64,000 nucleotides of DNA from Chloropicon primus (lineage: Eukaryota): assembly GCA_023205875.1 (NCBI GenBank), contig CP060757.1, forward strand, positions 806,001 to 870,000, given 5' to 3'. The notes below the pieces were generated by a model. That model worked only from the letters and a program-made list of their open reading frames with translations. It was not told the origin of the DNA and searched no databases. How positions within the stretch are numbered: position 1 is the stretch's first letter; the number at the start of each line of letters is the position of its first letter. A program made the position numbers and the translations under genes. Positions 32,201 through 43,285 of this stretch are shown one piece after another.

Positions 32201-35200
32201 ATAAGGCTGAAGCTTTCCGGGAAAACGTACTTCCATGGGGAGCTCGTGAAAGACAGTGAAAGCTATTCTTCTACGTTTCAGAATTTAGTGGGGGAAATAG
32301 CCATGGAAGGGTTGACCTTGAATCATTTGAGCGTCGCAAGACAGATGACAGGGGAGGTGACTGTTGGTAAGACAGGCTTGAAAGTTCAGGCTCGAGGCCT
32401 TAGGCCAGACGAAGGAATTGACATTGATCTCAAGCTGCCGACGGAGTTGAAGACAGCGGATGAGGTGGTTTCAACGGAACCCGAACAATCATCAAGGAGG
32501 GTTTCCGGTGAGAATCCTCAAACAGATGCTCGAGAGACGGAAGCGGACGCCGTGACTGAAGATTCCACGACTTTCCAAACCATGTTCTCGTTGAGAAATC
32601 GAGATGTGCGGCTTGAGATGAGTATGGATTCGACAGCGACAAAGGTGGACCTGAGAAATCTGAGGTTAGATGAGCTGGAGCTTGCCTCGCTGAGAGGAAC
32701 AGTGGACAAGGCGTTTATAGACTTGAACTTCAAGGAACAAACTGGGCGGGGCAATGTTTCGGTCACAGGGCCCAGATTCAGTGGTTTGCAGGGAGAGTCG
32801 CTTGGCGGGAGCTTTAGGTGGGAGCAAGACATCATTCGCTTAGAGAGAGCAATCATCCAGCAAAAGAGGAGCAGGTATGAGCTTCAGGGGGAGTACGTGC
32901 TTCCAACGACGAAAGATAAGGCGACTCTGGACATGGCAACTGCACTGTCTCAGATGAGAAACAGCAATTTGTCCACGATTTCCCCTCGAGGAGGACGCTG
33001 GCGTTGGCAAGTGTCTGTCCCCCAAGCTGCCATCGAAGAGATGCTTCCTGCTGCTCAATTGCTCTCAAGAGCAACGAGCAGCTACCCCATTGACTACTCG
33101 AATGCCAAAGGAATTTTCCTGGAGGGCGTGAAGTCCTTACAAATCACTGCACAGCAAATTGGCAAGCAGTTGGAAGATTCGGCGAAGAGCGCCCTGGAGA
33201 GCCAAAATAGGAACGTGGAGCAAAAGGAGAGCGTGGAGATGCCCAAGGCTGCAAAAAATGCTGAAGGCAAGGAGAAGTGGCCCAAAGGTCTTCCGTGGAT
33301 AGGAAGCAAGACCGCGTCCAGCAAACCATCCACAAAACTTGGTTTGCAAGATTTGAAAGGAAAGTGGAAAGGAACCATGCAAGCTTACGGCAGTACAGGC
33401 GGTGCTGTGGTAGGAGAGTTTGATATGAAGGGTGAAGATTGGGAGTGGGGGTCCTACTGCATGGAGAATGTGAACGCAGTGGGTAACTACCACCCGAACG
33501 AAGGCTTGCATTTTGAGAAGTTTCAGCTCGACGCCGGCGATGCACGACTGCGGATAGTCGGGAACATGCTTGGGCCAAAGCAAGATGCGCAGTTTCGTTT
33601 GACAGACTTTCCCCTCTCGCTACTGCAGTCTCTCTTCAACGTTTTGCCAAGCAACAGCGTGACAGAACAGGGCATGGGGAGCAACCTCTTTAAGCCAACC
33701 ATGGGTCCAGGAGGCTTGTCAGGGATGGCAAACATCCCTCAGGGCGACGATTTTATCAGTGGAAACTTGTACGTGAACGCAGCACTTGGTGGCAGCGCTG
33801 AGGCTCCGCAAGGAAACGTAAATTTCCAGGTGCTTGATGGCGCTCTCAGGAACAAGAAATTGGCAAGGGCTGAAGCAAATGCCGCGATAACGAGTGACCA
33901 GCGTTTCACGTTCAACATCAATTTGCAGCCTGCAGGAGGACCAGGCCATGTGAAGCTCATGGGCAGCACGCCATTCGAGTACAGCCTGTCGCCCCAACAT
34001 CTGCTGGAAGGCGAAAACCAACAACCAAGCTTGGGACCGAAAGATAACGAGAATATTGAGGTAGATGTTGCGGTGAAAGACAGTGGGATGTTGCTCCTTA
34101 GCGCTTTGCTTCCCCAAGTCAACTGGCAGATGGGCTCAGCTGATATTGCGATGCAGGTGAGAGGCACTGTATCAAAGCCTAACTTGAGTGGGGTCGCGCA
34201 TGTTAACAGGGCATCGATATCATGCCCCTGGCTGAGTCGACCCCTCTCGTCGCTTGGCGTGACCGTCAGAGTCCAGGATAACGCCCTGTTCGTGGACGCG
34301 TTTGATGGCAAGGTGGGCAGGAAAGGCTTCCTGAGAATAAATGGTTTTCTCCCCATGAGCAGTGGCGGAGGAGGGGTCGAGGGGAGCAAAGGCGTTATCG
34401 TCGATGCCTGCGGGCTTGAGCTGCGAGTTAAGAACGCTTTCACGGGAACTTTTGATGGACAGTTTGTGGTTCGAGGCAGCTTGAAGCAACCCGAGTTGAG
34501 CGGCAACTCCCAGTTCTCCAAGGGCATCGTTTACCTTGTGCCCCAAGGTGTCAGCCAAGCAGATGAGCCGAGGGAAGGCATGTCTACGGCCACAGTCCTG
34601 AAAAGCTTGGGCGTGGGCTCGGAGAGCAACTTGATTGACAAGAGCGTGAAGGGCAAGATGAGCGCCGTCCAAACGTCGGTGGTCAATAAAGCTGTCTGCA
34701 AGGGTCTGGACATCAAGCTCGGTCCTGACCTTCGAGCTGTCTATCCTTTCGTCTTGAACTTTGGCATCGCCGGGGATATCGAGATTAACGGTGTGGTCGA
34801 TCCAGAGGAGCTCTCTCCGTCTGGAATCATCAGATTCGACTCTGGGGATGTCAACCTCGTTGCGACTCAACTGAGCTTGAACCCGGAGTACCCGAACAGA
34901 GCAGTCTTCGTTCCTGAGCACGGGTTGGACCCGACCCTCGACATCAGCCTTGTGGCCCCTGACTTGAAGGCAATGATCCAGGGCCGTGCCAGCTCTTGGC
35001 AGGATAATCTGATCCTTTCCGTGGGCTCGGGCACCAGCGAGACTACAGAGCGCTTGGAACCCACAGAGATTGCCCGCATTTTCGAGGGGCAGCTCACGGA
35101 ATCGCTCTTGGAGCAGGACGGTCGCCTCGCCTTCAGCAACTTGGCGGCCTCGACGATTTCCACTCTTCTGCCAAGGATTGAGACGCAGGGTCAGTTTGGA

Positions 35201-35524
35201 AAGGCGAGGTGGCGACTCGTGTCCGCCCCCTCCATCTCTGGGCTCCTCTCTCTGGACCCCCTGACGGACCCTTTCAAGTCCTTGTCCAACCTCACCCTCG
35301 GAACAGAGGTTGAAATTCAGTTTGGCAAGTCCCTGCAGGCGCTGATTGCCAGGAAAGTGAAGGAGTCCGAAATGGCGACCCATTGGACGCTCCTGTATCA
35401 GCTCAACAAGCAGCTTCGCATGCGGCTGAACAGCTCCACCGCAAGTGGCACGAGACTCCTGTTCGAGTACTCGGGTGAAGGAACGAAGCTCCAAAAGGAG
35501 GACTGGGGAAACCGGTTCCCGTAG
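29288..35524 (+). CDS. TIC236: TIC236/SSG4/EMB2410 (TamB family) plastid inner-envelope protein, intronless
   Basis: Transit peptide, one N-terminal TM, long beta-rich body; C-terminal LGPDLRAVYPFVLNF..GDVNLVATQ..GLDPTLD..PRIETQGQFGKARWRLVSAP..LGTEVEIQFGK..RLLFEYS. Confidence 0.93.
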   Translation: MLLMGNRGHRQSLTMTGVRAPRLGPHPKHAAAGRKVSLVRRRRNVVATRRQWLVVASSSRGGERDGGESWEEEPTTSTSSSSSSSSPSSPSSSSYGRARGGLPSLPVRDFGSSSETSEGNGSNGANDLRRAFKGTRKFLFSKMYEGGGTGEETEGGKEGEETEGGKEGEEGDLPRKVEGGKFNWMVGGLGGTLAVVGVTVSLFTAVCNGWARPLVNRAILPVVCEQLSVATGRDVNVEEITWIQPLGLLGLCSLVTAGPIEIGPQNNLMTTTNENGVEEQVAGEQSSLYCEEVKIGVRFLQSILRWQCLLDIKVNSAFAKVVQGENLSWFGYPLDTEPTSRNFLPGLNNVKVLNRLSNNTEIQSSIADELLDEKVSALDPSESELIAKAAAYILSRQFSPPPITLSRLSVKNCNADIQIPGEEGVRKLEDLSAQVNAGRDYNTFDITAAATTVERSAAAGKCTMGWQTDAPRRNMRGLTFAEGSINDILNQGDGKTSYVNMGSTPKPVLERGGGVEKGASAQASTASTSSVASQQSPTKGKGKNNMYRSLFKKKGPSKGRIECVIKGRNMSDPDTKKQMDILLKGKDFHAPLLERVFDFPVDINKGILNGEVRLRFHDHKSWTRYPDFTGRVNCNKANFHIWDAPDDFEDVNMDLLFENDRMHFHNATGYYGAIPVTAVGDMSLDPDGDIRIVAHSDGVEVNALRETLAAKPLPYSAAGTISGTLHVTGQSERPVFSGTAVATYPKGDEPADSPRTVAEEALRETGGVAAYDKVPFESASSVFTFDTKSQMLHLHHFDAETVGGGKITGSGRVWCQPGKEEEPDSLEFRFKGKDLPADQILKKYVPNNIQVPSALVVGPTNVEGFIKGAQMSPTVKVSWNSPEAEASGSVKITRPAAYVELHAPSIDAEAVLDTKYQPKEVILAAVTQDEATAASKPVVEGAELKCKLNGLDIMPLVNDSYVIDRMTSSQPIRLKLSGKTYFHGELVKDSESYSSTFQNLVGEIAMEGLTLNHLSVARQMTGEVTVGKTGLKVQARGLRPDEGIDIDLKLPTELKTADEVVSTEPEQSSRRVSGENPQTDARETEADAVTEDSTTFQTMFSLRNRDVRLEMSMDSTATKVDLRNLRLDELELASLRGTVDKAFIDLNFKEQTGRGNVSVTGPRFSGLQGESLGGSFRWEQDIIRLERAIIQQKRSRYELQGEYVLPTTKDKATLDMATALSQMRNSNLSTISPRGGRWRWQVSVPQAAIEEMLPAAQLLSRATSSYPIDYSNAKGIFLEGVKSLQITAQQIGKQLEDSAKSALESQNRNVEQKESVEMPKAAKNAEGKEKWPKGLPWIGSKTASSKPSTKLGLQDLKGKWKGTMQAYGSTGGAVVGEFDMKGEDWEWGSYCMENVNAVGNYHPNEGLHFEKFQLDAGDARLRIVGNMLGPKQDAQFRLTDFPLSLLQSLFNVLPSNSVTEQGMGSNLFKPTMGPGGLSGMANIPQGDDFISGNLYVNAALGGSAEAPQGNVNFQVLDGALRNKKLARAEANAAITSDQRFTFNINLQPAGGPGHVKLMGSTPFEYSLSPQHLLEGENQQPSLGPKDNENIEVDVAVKDSGMLLLSALLPQVNWQMGSADIAMQVRGTVSKPNLSGVAHVNRASISCPWLSRPLSSLGVTVRVQDNALFVDAFDGKVGRKGFLRINGFLPMSSGGGGVEGSKGVIVDACGLELRVKNAFTGTFDGQFVVRGSLKQPELSGNSQFSKGIVYLVPQGVSQADEPREGMSTATVLKSLGVGSESNLIDKSVKGKMSAVQTSVVNKAVCKGLDIKLGPDLRAVYPFVLNFGIAGDIEINGVVDPEELSPSGIIRFDSGDVNLVATQLSLNPEYPNRAVFVPEHGLDPTLDISLVAPDLKAMIQGRASSWQDNLILSVGSGTSETTERLEPTEIARIFEGQLTESLLEQDGRLAFSNLAASTISTLLPRIETQGQFGKARWRLVSAPSISGLLSLDPLTDPFKSLSNLTLGTEVEIQFGKSLQALIARKVKESEMATHWTLLYQLNKQLRMRLNSSTASGTRLLFEYSGEGTKLQKEDWGNRFP

Positions 35525-35623
35525 CTTGCGGCCGATGTAACTATGATTGTAAATTAAGAATTTTTTTCCTCAGAAAAAATGATAAAATATTTTTGTTTTT
35601 GTTTTTTTGGGGATTGCGCGGCT

Positions 35624-37210
35624 TCAGGTGCGAACAATTCTTCCGCACACATCTTGCGACAACTGCCCCTTCGAAAAGACGAGGTGCCCGGACACGATAC
35701 TCGCTTCCACCCTGCCCTTCATCTTTCGGTCGTTGTAGGGAGAGAGCTTGTGCTTGTGAAACAGCTGGCCCTTGCCGGTCTCCGCCAGGGCTTTCTCGTT
35801 CCACACCACGAGATCCGCCTTCTTTCCGACTTCGATGGATCCCCTGTCCGTGAGCCCAGCGACAGCAGCTGGAGCGGAGCTCCACCACTCCGCCATGTCC
35901 TCGATGGTGGCCCCGTGCTCGCTTGCCGCCGTCCAGGACGCGGGCAGGCTGTACTGAAGCCCAGCGATCCCGCCCCACGCCCGGAGAAAGTCCCCCTCCT
36001 TGAGAAACTTCAAATCCGGTGGCGAGGGGGAGTGGTCGGAGCCAATGGTGTTGATCGTCCCCCTCTTCAGCTGCCTCAGGAGCGCCTCCTTGTTCTCCTT
36101 GTTGCGAATGGGCGGTGCGCACTTGTACTGCGTGGCCCCGTCCGGCACTTCCTCGGACTGGAAGAAGATGTAGTGGGGGCAGGTCTCCGTCGTGAAGGAG
36201 ACCTCGAAGGACCTCAGATTCTTGTTCTTGTAGATCTGCACCTCGTCCAGGATGGACGCCTGGGCGACGTGAGCGACGTGGATCTTGTGCGGCACCCCCT
36301 CCCCCGCCAGGGCCTTCGATATCCCGAGGAGTTGGCGAATGGCGTCCTCCTCGAATTTTCCTGGCCTCGAGCCCGCGTAGGTGTCGTACTTCCTCGGCGA
36401 TTTCGAGCCCAAGTCCACGTCGAAGGGGAGCTCGGCGTGGACCATGAGGGGCTTGGAGAACCGGGAGAGGACGCGGAGCCCCGCGGTCAGGTCGGCCTCG
36501 TCGGCGTTGCCAAAGTCCTCGATTCCGGAGGGCGACATGAAGGCCTTGAACCCGACGGCCCCCGCCTCCAGCATCCCGAGGAGCTCCCTCTGGCTCCCTC
36601 CGCCCGCCCCAGCGTTCTCGGGGACCAGGCCGCCCCAGAAGCCAACGTCAACGCGAATCTTGTCCTTGGCGACTGCCATCTTCTCCCTCAGAATTTTGGT
36701 CGTGGTGGCCGCGGGCTCCGAGTTCAGCGGCATGTCGAACAGGGTGGTCACCCCCCCCGCCGCCGCGGCAGCGGTCGCGGTGCTGAAGCCCTCCCAGCTC
36801 TCCCGCCCCGGCTCGTTCACGTGGACGTGCAGGTCCACCAGGCCCGGGGAGACCACCAGGTCCCCGTAGTCCAGGACCAGGTCGCTCGCCTCGAGGTCCT
36901 CCCTCCTCCCCTTGTCCACGGAGACGATCCTCCCCCCGTCCACGCCGACGGTCGCCGGAAACGTTCCCCTCGGCGTCACCACCCTCCTGCTGAAGACGAA
37001 GTACCTCGTTCGGTTCCCCAGGAGCCCGCAAGGGGAGGGCTCGGGCGACCTGGTCCCGGCTTGCTGCGGCAAGCGGAACTGGACGAAGACGCCCAGAGCC
37101 ACCACGAGAACTTGCGCTGCCGCGAAAATCAGCAGACGATTCCGCGTGTACGCGCTCACGGACTTTTGATCCTCCCTCTCCACCGCCCTCCTCGCGCGCG
37201 TTCGCGCCAT
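35624..37210 (-). CDS. ALN: Allantoinase with N-terminal signal anchor
   Basis: PGLVDLHVHVNEPGR, GGVTTLFDMPLNS, GFKAFMSPSG, ETCPHY, YKCAPPIR, SDHSPS, AWGGIAGLQ. Confidence 0.93.
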   Translation of the reverse strand: MARTRARRAVEREDQKSVSAYTRNRLLIFAAAQVLVVALGVFVQFRLPQQAGTRSPEPSPCGLLGNRTRYFVFSRRVVTPRGTFPATVGVDGGRIVSVDKGRREDLEASDLVLDYGDLVVSPGLVDLHVHVNEPGRESWEGFSTATAAAAAGGVTTLFDMPLNSEPAATTTKILREKMAVAKDKIRVDVGFWGGLVPENAGAGGGSQRELLGMLEAGAVGFKAFMSPSGIEDFGNADEADLTAGLRVLSRFSKPLMVHAELPFDVDLGSKSPRKYDTYAGSRPGKFEEDAIRQLLGISKALAGEGVPHKIHVAHVAQASILDEVQIYKNKNLRSFEVSFTTETCPHYIFFQSEEVPDGATQYKCAPPIRNKENKEALLRQLKRGTINTIGSDHSPSPPDLKFLKEGDFLRAWGGIAGLQYSLPASWTAASEHGATIEDMAEWWSSAPAAVAGLTDRGSIEVGKKADLVVWNEKALAETGKGQLFHKHKLSPYNDRKMKGRVEASIVSGHLVFSKGQLSQDVCGRIVRT

Positions 37211-37861
37211 GACGACAATGCAAATGCAGAAGAAGAAGAAGAACAACAACAACAACAACAAGTGATGATCCCTCTCTCCCTCCCTCTTCTAGAGAGCGAC
37301 GAGGTGTTCGTCGTCAGTGGTGCGACGACAGGAGAGAGACGACGAAGGGAAGGGTTCGGATCAACCCAGAAGCAGAGATCCCGATCCCACAACATCCGCC
37401 TCCAATGGCGGAGCGGAGCGGACGCAACCGTACCTTTCCCTTCCAGTGCAATGCACTCGTGCTTCGTGGAGTGGAGTCCTCTTCACACGTTTCATTTTTC
37501 ACTTTTTTCTTTTTTTGATTTTGAAACGTTACTTTTCCAGAGGGAAGTCCCCCCGAGTAGAAAATCCCCTTTTGCCAGCTGGAGGCTGATTCAGCAAAAG
37601 AAACACACGCTTTGGTCTCTCGAGACGGCAGTGGGCTCTGGAGGCGTGCCTCGTGGCGTCATCGTGTCGAGAGAGAGAGAGAGAGGGAGGGAGGAGTGCA
37701 CGAGCGGGGTCGGGAGGATTCCCTAAGGCCTCGGTCGAGCGCGCACGTCTTCGCTGCTCTTCCGTGTTTTTTGTTTTTTTTCTGCTTCTTCTTCGTTTTC
37801 TCGGGTGTTTTAGAAAAAACCTGGGCTGCTGCTGCTGCCCACGAGACAACAAGGGAGGGAG

Positions 37862-38980
37862 ATGATCCTGGTGGACGGCAAGGAGGTCGCGGGGGAGTGC
37901 CTGGTGGAGGCGGCGACCTCGAACGCGGTCCTCCAGGAGGCGAACGAGGTCTTCCTCGGGCGCGGCCAGGCGAGGTACAACGAGACGTCGACGCACAAGA
38001 GGAGGAAGTGCGTGTACGTGCTGCAGAACGAGCTGGCGAGCGTGGACTCCGGGACGGACGACGCGGTCCTTGCCTCGGACGACGCGACGACTTGCGTGAT
38101 CGTCGTGGTGGTGTGCGAGGCCACGGGGGTGGCCTCGGTGGCCCACCTGGACGAGCAGACCAGCAGGTCGGACGTGTGCTTCAAGAAGCTAATGGGGCAG
38201 CACGTGGGGGGGAGGCACTGCACGTACGACGCGTACGTCGTGGGCGGGATGATGGAGAAGACCCTGGTGGGCTACCGGGCGGCGTCCTGCCTGCTGGGGC
38301 ACATGTCGCGCTCCCCGGGGAAGTTCAACCTCAGGCTGTGCTGCGTGTACAGCCTGAACACCTGCGGGAGGACGGGGCAGCCCTTGGCGAGGTCCTTGGC
38401 CTTCGACCCCCTCACCCGGCTGCCGTACCCCCTGAGCGCGGTGGGCGCGGGGAAAGAGCCCGCAGCTGAGGAGGTCCCGGGCCGGCGGGGGGAGAAGCGC
38501 GGCCCGGGGCTGGAGCAGAGGCTCGCGCACTTCTGGCTCACCGACGAGGGTTTCGCGGACCTCCGCCAGGTGTACTGCCCCTGGGAGCAGAACTACACGC
38601 TCCCAGGAAGGATGTACACCGTGCCCAAGTGGCTCTTGGTCCAGGGCTCGTACCTGCTGACCCTGTGCGACGCCGGGCTCCTGGAGCAGACCTCGACGAC
38701 CCCGCACTTTGAGGGGGAGAACTTTTGCTCGGACATCCGCCAGGCCCTGGGGTACATCGTCAAGCAGCCGGAGGGCATGTTCATGTACCGGGGGGGGGCG
38801 TGGAGCTGGGACGGGGGTGTGTGGTGCGAGGTTCGAAGCGCGAAGGCGAAGCGCCTGAGGGGCGCGCAGCCCGCCGGCTACCACGACGAGCCCAGGGTGG
38901 ACATCCCCGGGTCCTCCTGGTCGTGTTCGTCCTTGGTGGACTTGGAGAAGGAGCACCTGGAGTTGGAGCAGCAGTCCTGA
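37862..38980 (+). CDS. NTAN1: Protein N-terminal asparagine amidohydrolase
   Basis: VYVLQNELA, LASDDATTCVIVVV..SVAHLD, CVYSLNT, STTPHFE..F. Confidence 0.85.
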   Translation: MILVDGKEVAGECLVEAATSNAVLQEANEVFLGRGQARYNETSTHKRRKCVYVLQNELASVDSGTDDAVLASDDATTCVIVVVVCEATGVASVAHLDEQTSRSDVCFKKLMGQHVGGRHCTYDAYVVGGMMEKTLVGYRAASCLLGHMSRSPGKFNLRLCCVYSLNTCGRTGQPLARSLAFDPLTRLPYPLSAVGAGKEPAAEEVPGRRGEKRGPGLEQRLAHFWLTDEGFADLRQVYCPWEQNYTLPGRMYTVPKWLLVQGSYLLTLCDAGLLEQTSTTPHFEGENFCSDIRQALGYIVKQPEGMFMYRGGAWSWDGGVWCEVRSAKAKRLRGAQPAGYHDEPRVDIPGSSWSCSSLVDLEKEHLELEQQS

Positions 38981-39157
38981 CGCGCACGCGACGCGTGCAT
39001 GTAAAACAACAATATGGGGGGGAAGGATGTAAAACATGTGGGGGGAGTTTTTTCACGAGTGTCTACGTGTGATGATGGTGTTGACTATAAGGTTTTTTTT
39101 TTGCGGGTCTATTACAGATGATTTAATAATGTTTCGAGTCCTCCTGCGACACACCCT

Positions 39158-40303
39158 CTAGTTTCCGAGCCAGTTGTTGAAGACCTCGAAGTCCTCTCCC
39201 TGGTAGTCAGAGTCGGCAGAGATCTGGGCGAAGAACTTCTTGCCAATGTCCTTGGTCCTCTTCTTGGCGAGGGCCTGCTCCTTGGTCTTTCCTCTGGCCT
39301 TGGAGGCAAGGGCCTTGGCGGTCTTGGCGTAAGGGTTGAGCTTCTTCATGGCGGTGAAGTTCTTGAGTGGGTTCCTCTTGAGGGTGGCCCTCTTGGCGGC
39401 GCTCTTTGGCGCGTTCACGACGGACTGGACCTCGTCAGAGTTGATCAACCTGGAGAGGTCGGCGTTGGACATGACGTTCTCTGGGAGAACGAACTTTCCG
39501 GTGCCCTCGGCGTAGAGCTCGTCGAGCTTGGCCATGGCCCCCTTGGTCCAGATGCAGAGGCGTCCGAGGTGCCCGCCTGGGGCGAGGTCGAGCAAGTTGA
39601 GCCTCTCCACGTTGGCGGTGTCGACGCCGGTGAGGTTCCTAACGGACTTGGCGAAACCCTGGTCGTTGCTGGTGACGATGACGAGAGGCCCCTTCCTGCA
39701 GACGTACCTCCTGTTTCTCATCTTACCCTTGCCCCTCCTGAGGTTCTTGGACTTGGCGGACTTGGCGACGTCGGCGTAGACCCCGAGGCTCTTGAGCAGG
39801 TCGACGGCCTTGCTGGTCTTGGTAATGGTCTCCGCGGCGTCCGAAACGACGAGAGGGATCTCGGCGACCTCGTCGACGACGTGGCCCCTGGCCATCACGA
39901 GGGCAGGGACGGCGCTGGCCGCGAGGGCGGAGGCGACCGCGAGCCTCTTCTCCTTGAGGTTCACCTTCCTGTGCCACCTTCTCCAGGTCTTCATGGGGGA
40001 GAACATATGTCCACCGCGGCACATGTTTCCGTAAGCTCCTTGTCCGCACCTGTGGGTACCTCCGCCGGGGACACGAGGGATACGAGACACGGCACGACCG
40101 GTTCCCCAGGAAGCGGCGGCGGTCTGAACGCCAGCGTTCTCGCTCACGGCGTGCGCCTGCATATGGTTCTTCCTCATGTTGGTGTGGACAACCCTCACGA
40201 CGTCTGGACGCAAAGGCGTCTTCGTGAACACGGCAGGCAAGGCCATCTGGTCCTTGCTCTTTCCGTCCAGGTCCTGGACGCTCACCAAAGGTCTCGCGCT
40301 CAT
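39158..40303 (-). CDS. RPL4: 60S ribosomal protein L4 (uL4)
   Basis: [51 protein letters not shown]. Confidence 0.98.
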   Translation of the reverse strand: MSARPLVSVQDLDGKSKDQMALPAVFTKTPLRPDVVRVVHTNMRKNHMQAHAVSENAGVQTAAASWGTGRAVSRIPRVPGGGTHRCGQGAYGNMCRGGHMFSPMKTWRRWHRKVNLKEKRLAVASALAASAVPALVMARGHVVDEVAEIPLVVSDAAETITKTSKAVDLLKSLGVYADVAKSAKSKNLRRGKGKMRNRRYVCRKGPLVIVTSNDQGFAKSVRNLTGVDTANVERLNLLDLAPGGHLGRLCIWTKGAMAKLDELYAEGTGKFVLPENVMSNADLSRLINSDEVQSVVNAPKSAAKRATLKRNPLKNFTAMKKLNPYAKTAKALASKARGKTKEQALAKKRTKDIGKKFFAQISADSDYQGEDFEVFNNWLGN

Positions 40304-40719
40304 CCTTCTTCTTCTAGCTTCGTACTTCCTCTCTCTCTCTCTCGTCTCGACCTCCGATCGATCGCACAACTTGGCCTCCCCCCCTCAGGCCCTCCTTTTC
40401 CTCCCGGGAGCCTCCACCGGAAATGTTCCCTTCCTGCGGAGCCCCCAAAAGGCGAAATCAATTGCGGAAATGTTTCCCGGAGGGACCCCGATTTTGGGGT
40501 TGGACAGCCCGATTCCGCCGCCACCCCCCGAGAGTAGTTTTCCCCTATAGTCCGCAGACCCGAAAAAGGAGGCGGTTTTGGCGTCCTGGAGGCTGAGGGG
40601 GAGAGCGAGAGCGAAGAGGCCTTGTTGAGTGAAGCATCGATCGGTGGGCGCGCACGAAAGAAACTTGCAGCTAGACGAGGAAGGACTAGACACGAGAAGA
40701 ACCAAACGAAAGTAACATC

Positions 40720-41924
40720 ATGGCGGAGACTTTGACTTTGCGCGGGACTTTGGAGGGACACGAGGGCTGGGTGACCGCTATCGCGACGCCAATGAGCCAG
40801 CCAAACAGTGATATCTTGCTCTCCGCTTCGAGGGATAAGACCGTCATTCTGTGGAAGCTCACCAGGGACGAGGTAAGGAGGGGGAAGGCTCTGGGAGGCT
40901 CCGGGGGGGGGGATCGCATCGGCTCGTGCCGGAGGGCGGGGGGGGGGGCGCGCTTGGCGCTCTCTCTCTCTCTCTCTCTCGTGATTGCACCACCCCGACC
41001 GCGACGACCGCGACGACCGCGACCTTTCGCTTTGGAAACGCCGCGGGTCCCTTTGTGTGATTGCCCTGATCGCCGATCGCTGACCGCGAATCTCGCTTGC
41101 TCTTCTTCCCGACGCAGGAGTCGTACGGATACCCACTGAGGCGCTTGAGAGGACACTCCCACTACGTTGAGGACGTCGTCATCTCCAGCGATGGCCAGTT
41201 TGCCCTCTCGGGATCCTGGGACCACACCCTCAGGTTGTGGGACTTGAACACCGGAACCACCACCAGGCGCTTTTTGGGACACACCAAGGACGTTCTCTCC
41301 GTTGCTTTCTCCTCTGACAACAGGCAGATCATGAGTGGAAGCAGGGACAGAACCATCAAGTTGTGGAACACCTTGGGAGAGTGCAAGTACACCATCCAGG
41401 ACCAGAACGGCCACAGCGAGTGGGTCTCCTGCGTGAGGTTCTCCCCTACCGCCAAGGTTCCATTCATCGTGTCTTGCGGCTGGGACAAGATGGTCAAGGT
41501 CTGGAACCTGACCAACTGCAAGCTGAGGACCAACCTCGCTGGGCACACCGGGTACTGCAACACCGTGACCATCTCCCCTGATGGATCCTTGTGCGCCTCC
41601 GGAGGAAAGGACGGAGTCGCCATCTTGTGGGACTTGGCCGACGGAAAGAGACTCTACTCCCTTGACGCCGGTGACATCATCCACAACTTGTGCTTCTCTC
41701 CTAACAGGTACTGGTTGTGCGCCGCCACCCAAAACTCTATTAAGATCTGGGACTTGGAGAGCAAGACCACCGTCGACGAGCTCAGGCCTGAGTTCCCACC
41801 TGTGGGCAAGAAGGCTCAGACCCCATACTGCACTTCCTTGGCCTGGTCTTCTGACGGATCCACTTTGTTCTCCGGATACACTGACAACAAGATCAGAGTG
41901 TGGAGTGTTTCCAGAACGCTATAA
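40720..41924 (+). CDS. RACK1: RACK1 (WD40 ribosomal scaffold); exons 40720-40872, 41118-41924
   Basis: [52 protein letters not shown]. Confidence 0.98.
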
Positions 41925-42094
41925 GAAACCAAACCAAAAACATAAACACAATCATAGAAAATATATTGTAATAAATCCATCCCTTACAAGCCTCTTCCGC
42001 CCCCTCCCTCTCCCTGACCCCCGTCCCCCCCAGGACATGATCTGTCCCAGGAGCCAGGCCAGGAGAGAGAGAGAGAGACTGGAGGAGCAGGACA

Positions 42095-43258
42095 ATGGAG
42101 GACGACTTCCTGGAAGCGCTGGTGGCGAGCGAGAGGGTCGCGGAGTGGGTGGACACGGTCAAGGGACGTGCGAACTCGAGAACGGAGGCCGGAGACAAAG
42201 CCGTGCGCTCGGCATTGACAAACCTGTTGGACCATGTGCAGGGAAGCCAGGTCTACGCAGAGGAGGCCGTGCTTGCCGAAGCGGACGTGGCGCTCAAGCA
42301 GGCCCTCGAGGGCTGCGAGGACGACGGGGCCGTCGAGCTGGGCCGCAAGCTCTTGACGCTATTGCTGAACCAGAGAGTCAAGGTTGCGGAGGGAGAAGTG
42401 AGAGCATACCAGCTGCAGGATGAAGGGAGAACCAAGATAAACTTGTACGAGCAGGCTCTCACCCACGGAGTCGGGGCGAAGGTTTGGCACGCTGCCGAGC
42501 TCCTGTGCGAGGAGTTGTCGCTCCCAGCCTGGTCCGCGATCTTGGAAGGTGAGGCAGAGCTCTCTTAAAAGGGAACGACTTTGCGCTAACAGCCAACTTG
42601 CGTTTTCATTTCGCTTCTCCTTGAGCTCTCAGGGAAGACTGTGCTTGAGCTGGGAGCGGGGTGCGGCTTGTGCGGCCTCTACGCTGCTCAGAAGGGGGCG
42701 AAGCGCGTGTGCTTGACTGACTTCGAAGACTCCCTGCTAGAGAACTTGAACAAGAGCGGAGAGATAAACACGGGCGAAGAGATCGAACTTCGCAAGTACG
42801 AGAGTCGGACGAGTAGCGGCAGCGGCAGCGGGGACGGCAGTGGGAAGAGGTGTGTCCTTCAAGTCGCGAAGCTGGACTGGCTCGAGCCCGAGGGGAAGGC
42901 GAACAGGGAAGAGGCTTTCGAACGATTGGCGGGGAGCGACAAGTTTGAGGTCATTCTAGGCAGCGACTTGATGTATGAGATGGCCCCATCCTTGGCCCTG
43001 CCCAACATTATCCGAAGGCACTTGATGGACCAAGGGACGTGTCTTCTGGCTATGAAAAGGAGATATGAGAAGATCCTGGAAAAGTTCCTCCTCAAGGCAA
43101 AAGAATGCAACCTGAGCACGAGCATCAAGCAAGTTGTGGGCTCAGACGTGTCGGAGGAAGGCAGCAAACTCTTTGGTGGTGGACACCACGTCATCATGCT
43201 GATCCGGCACCAGCAAAACGACTCGGGAAGCACTCCGGCGGGGTTCGAGCTAGCGTAA
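42095..43258 (+). CDS. Seven-beta-strand protein methyltransferase (Methyltransf_16, METTL21/EEF2KMT-like); exons 42095-42548, 42633-43258
   Basis: GAKVWHAAELL, GKTVLELGAGCGLCG, LTD, KLDW, FEVILGSDLMY. Confidence 0.85.
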
Positions 43259-43285
43259 ATTACAGTTGTAACAAAAAGGGGTCTT

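Noticed and set aside
39065..39150. GTGATGA box-C-like motif between NTAN1 and RPL4
   Set aside because: No downstream CTGA box D; it lies in convergent AT-rich 3' UTRs.
40873..41117. Possible intronic C/D snoRNA in RACK1
   Set aside because: Only GTGATTG/CTGA fragments; no proper RTGATGA box C with a terminal stem and no recognisable rRNA guide.
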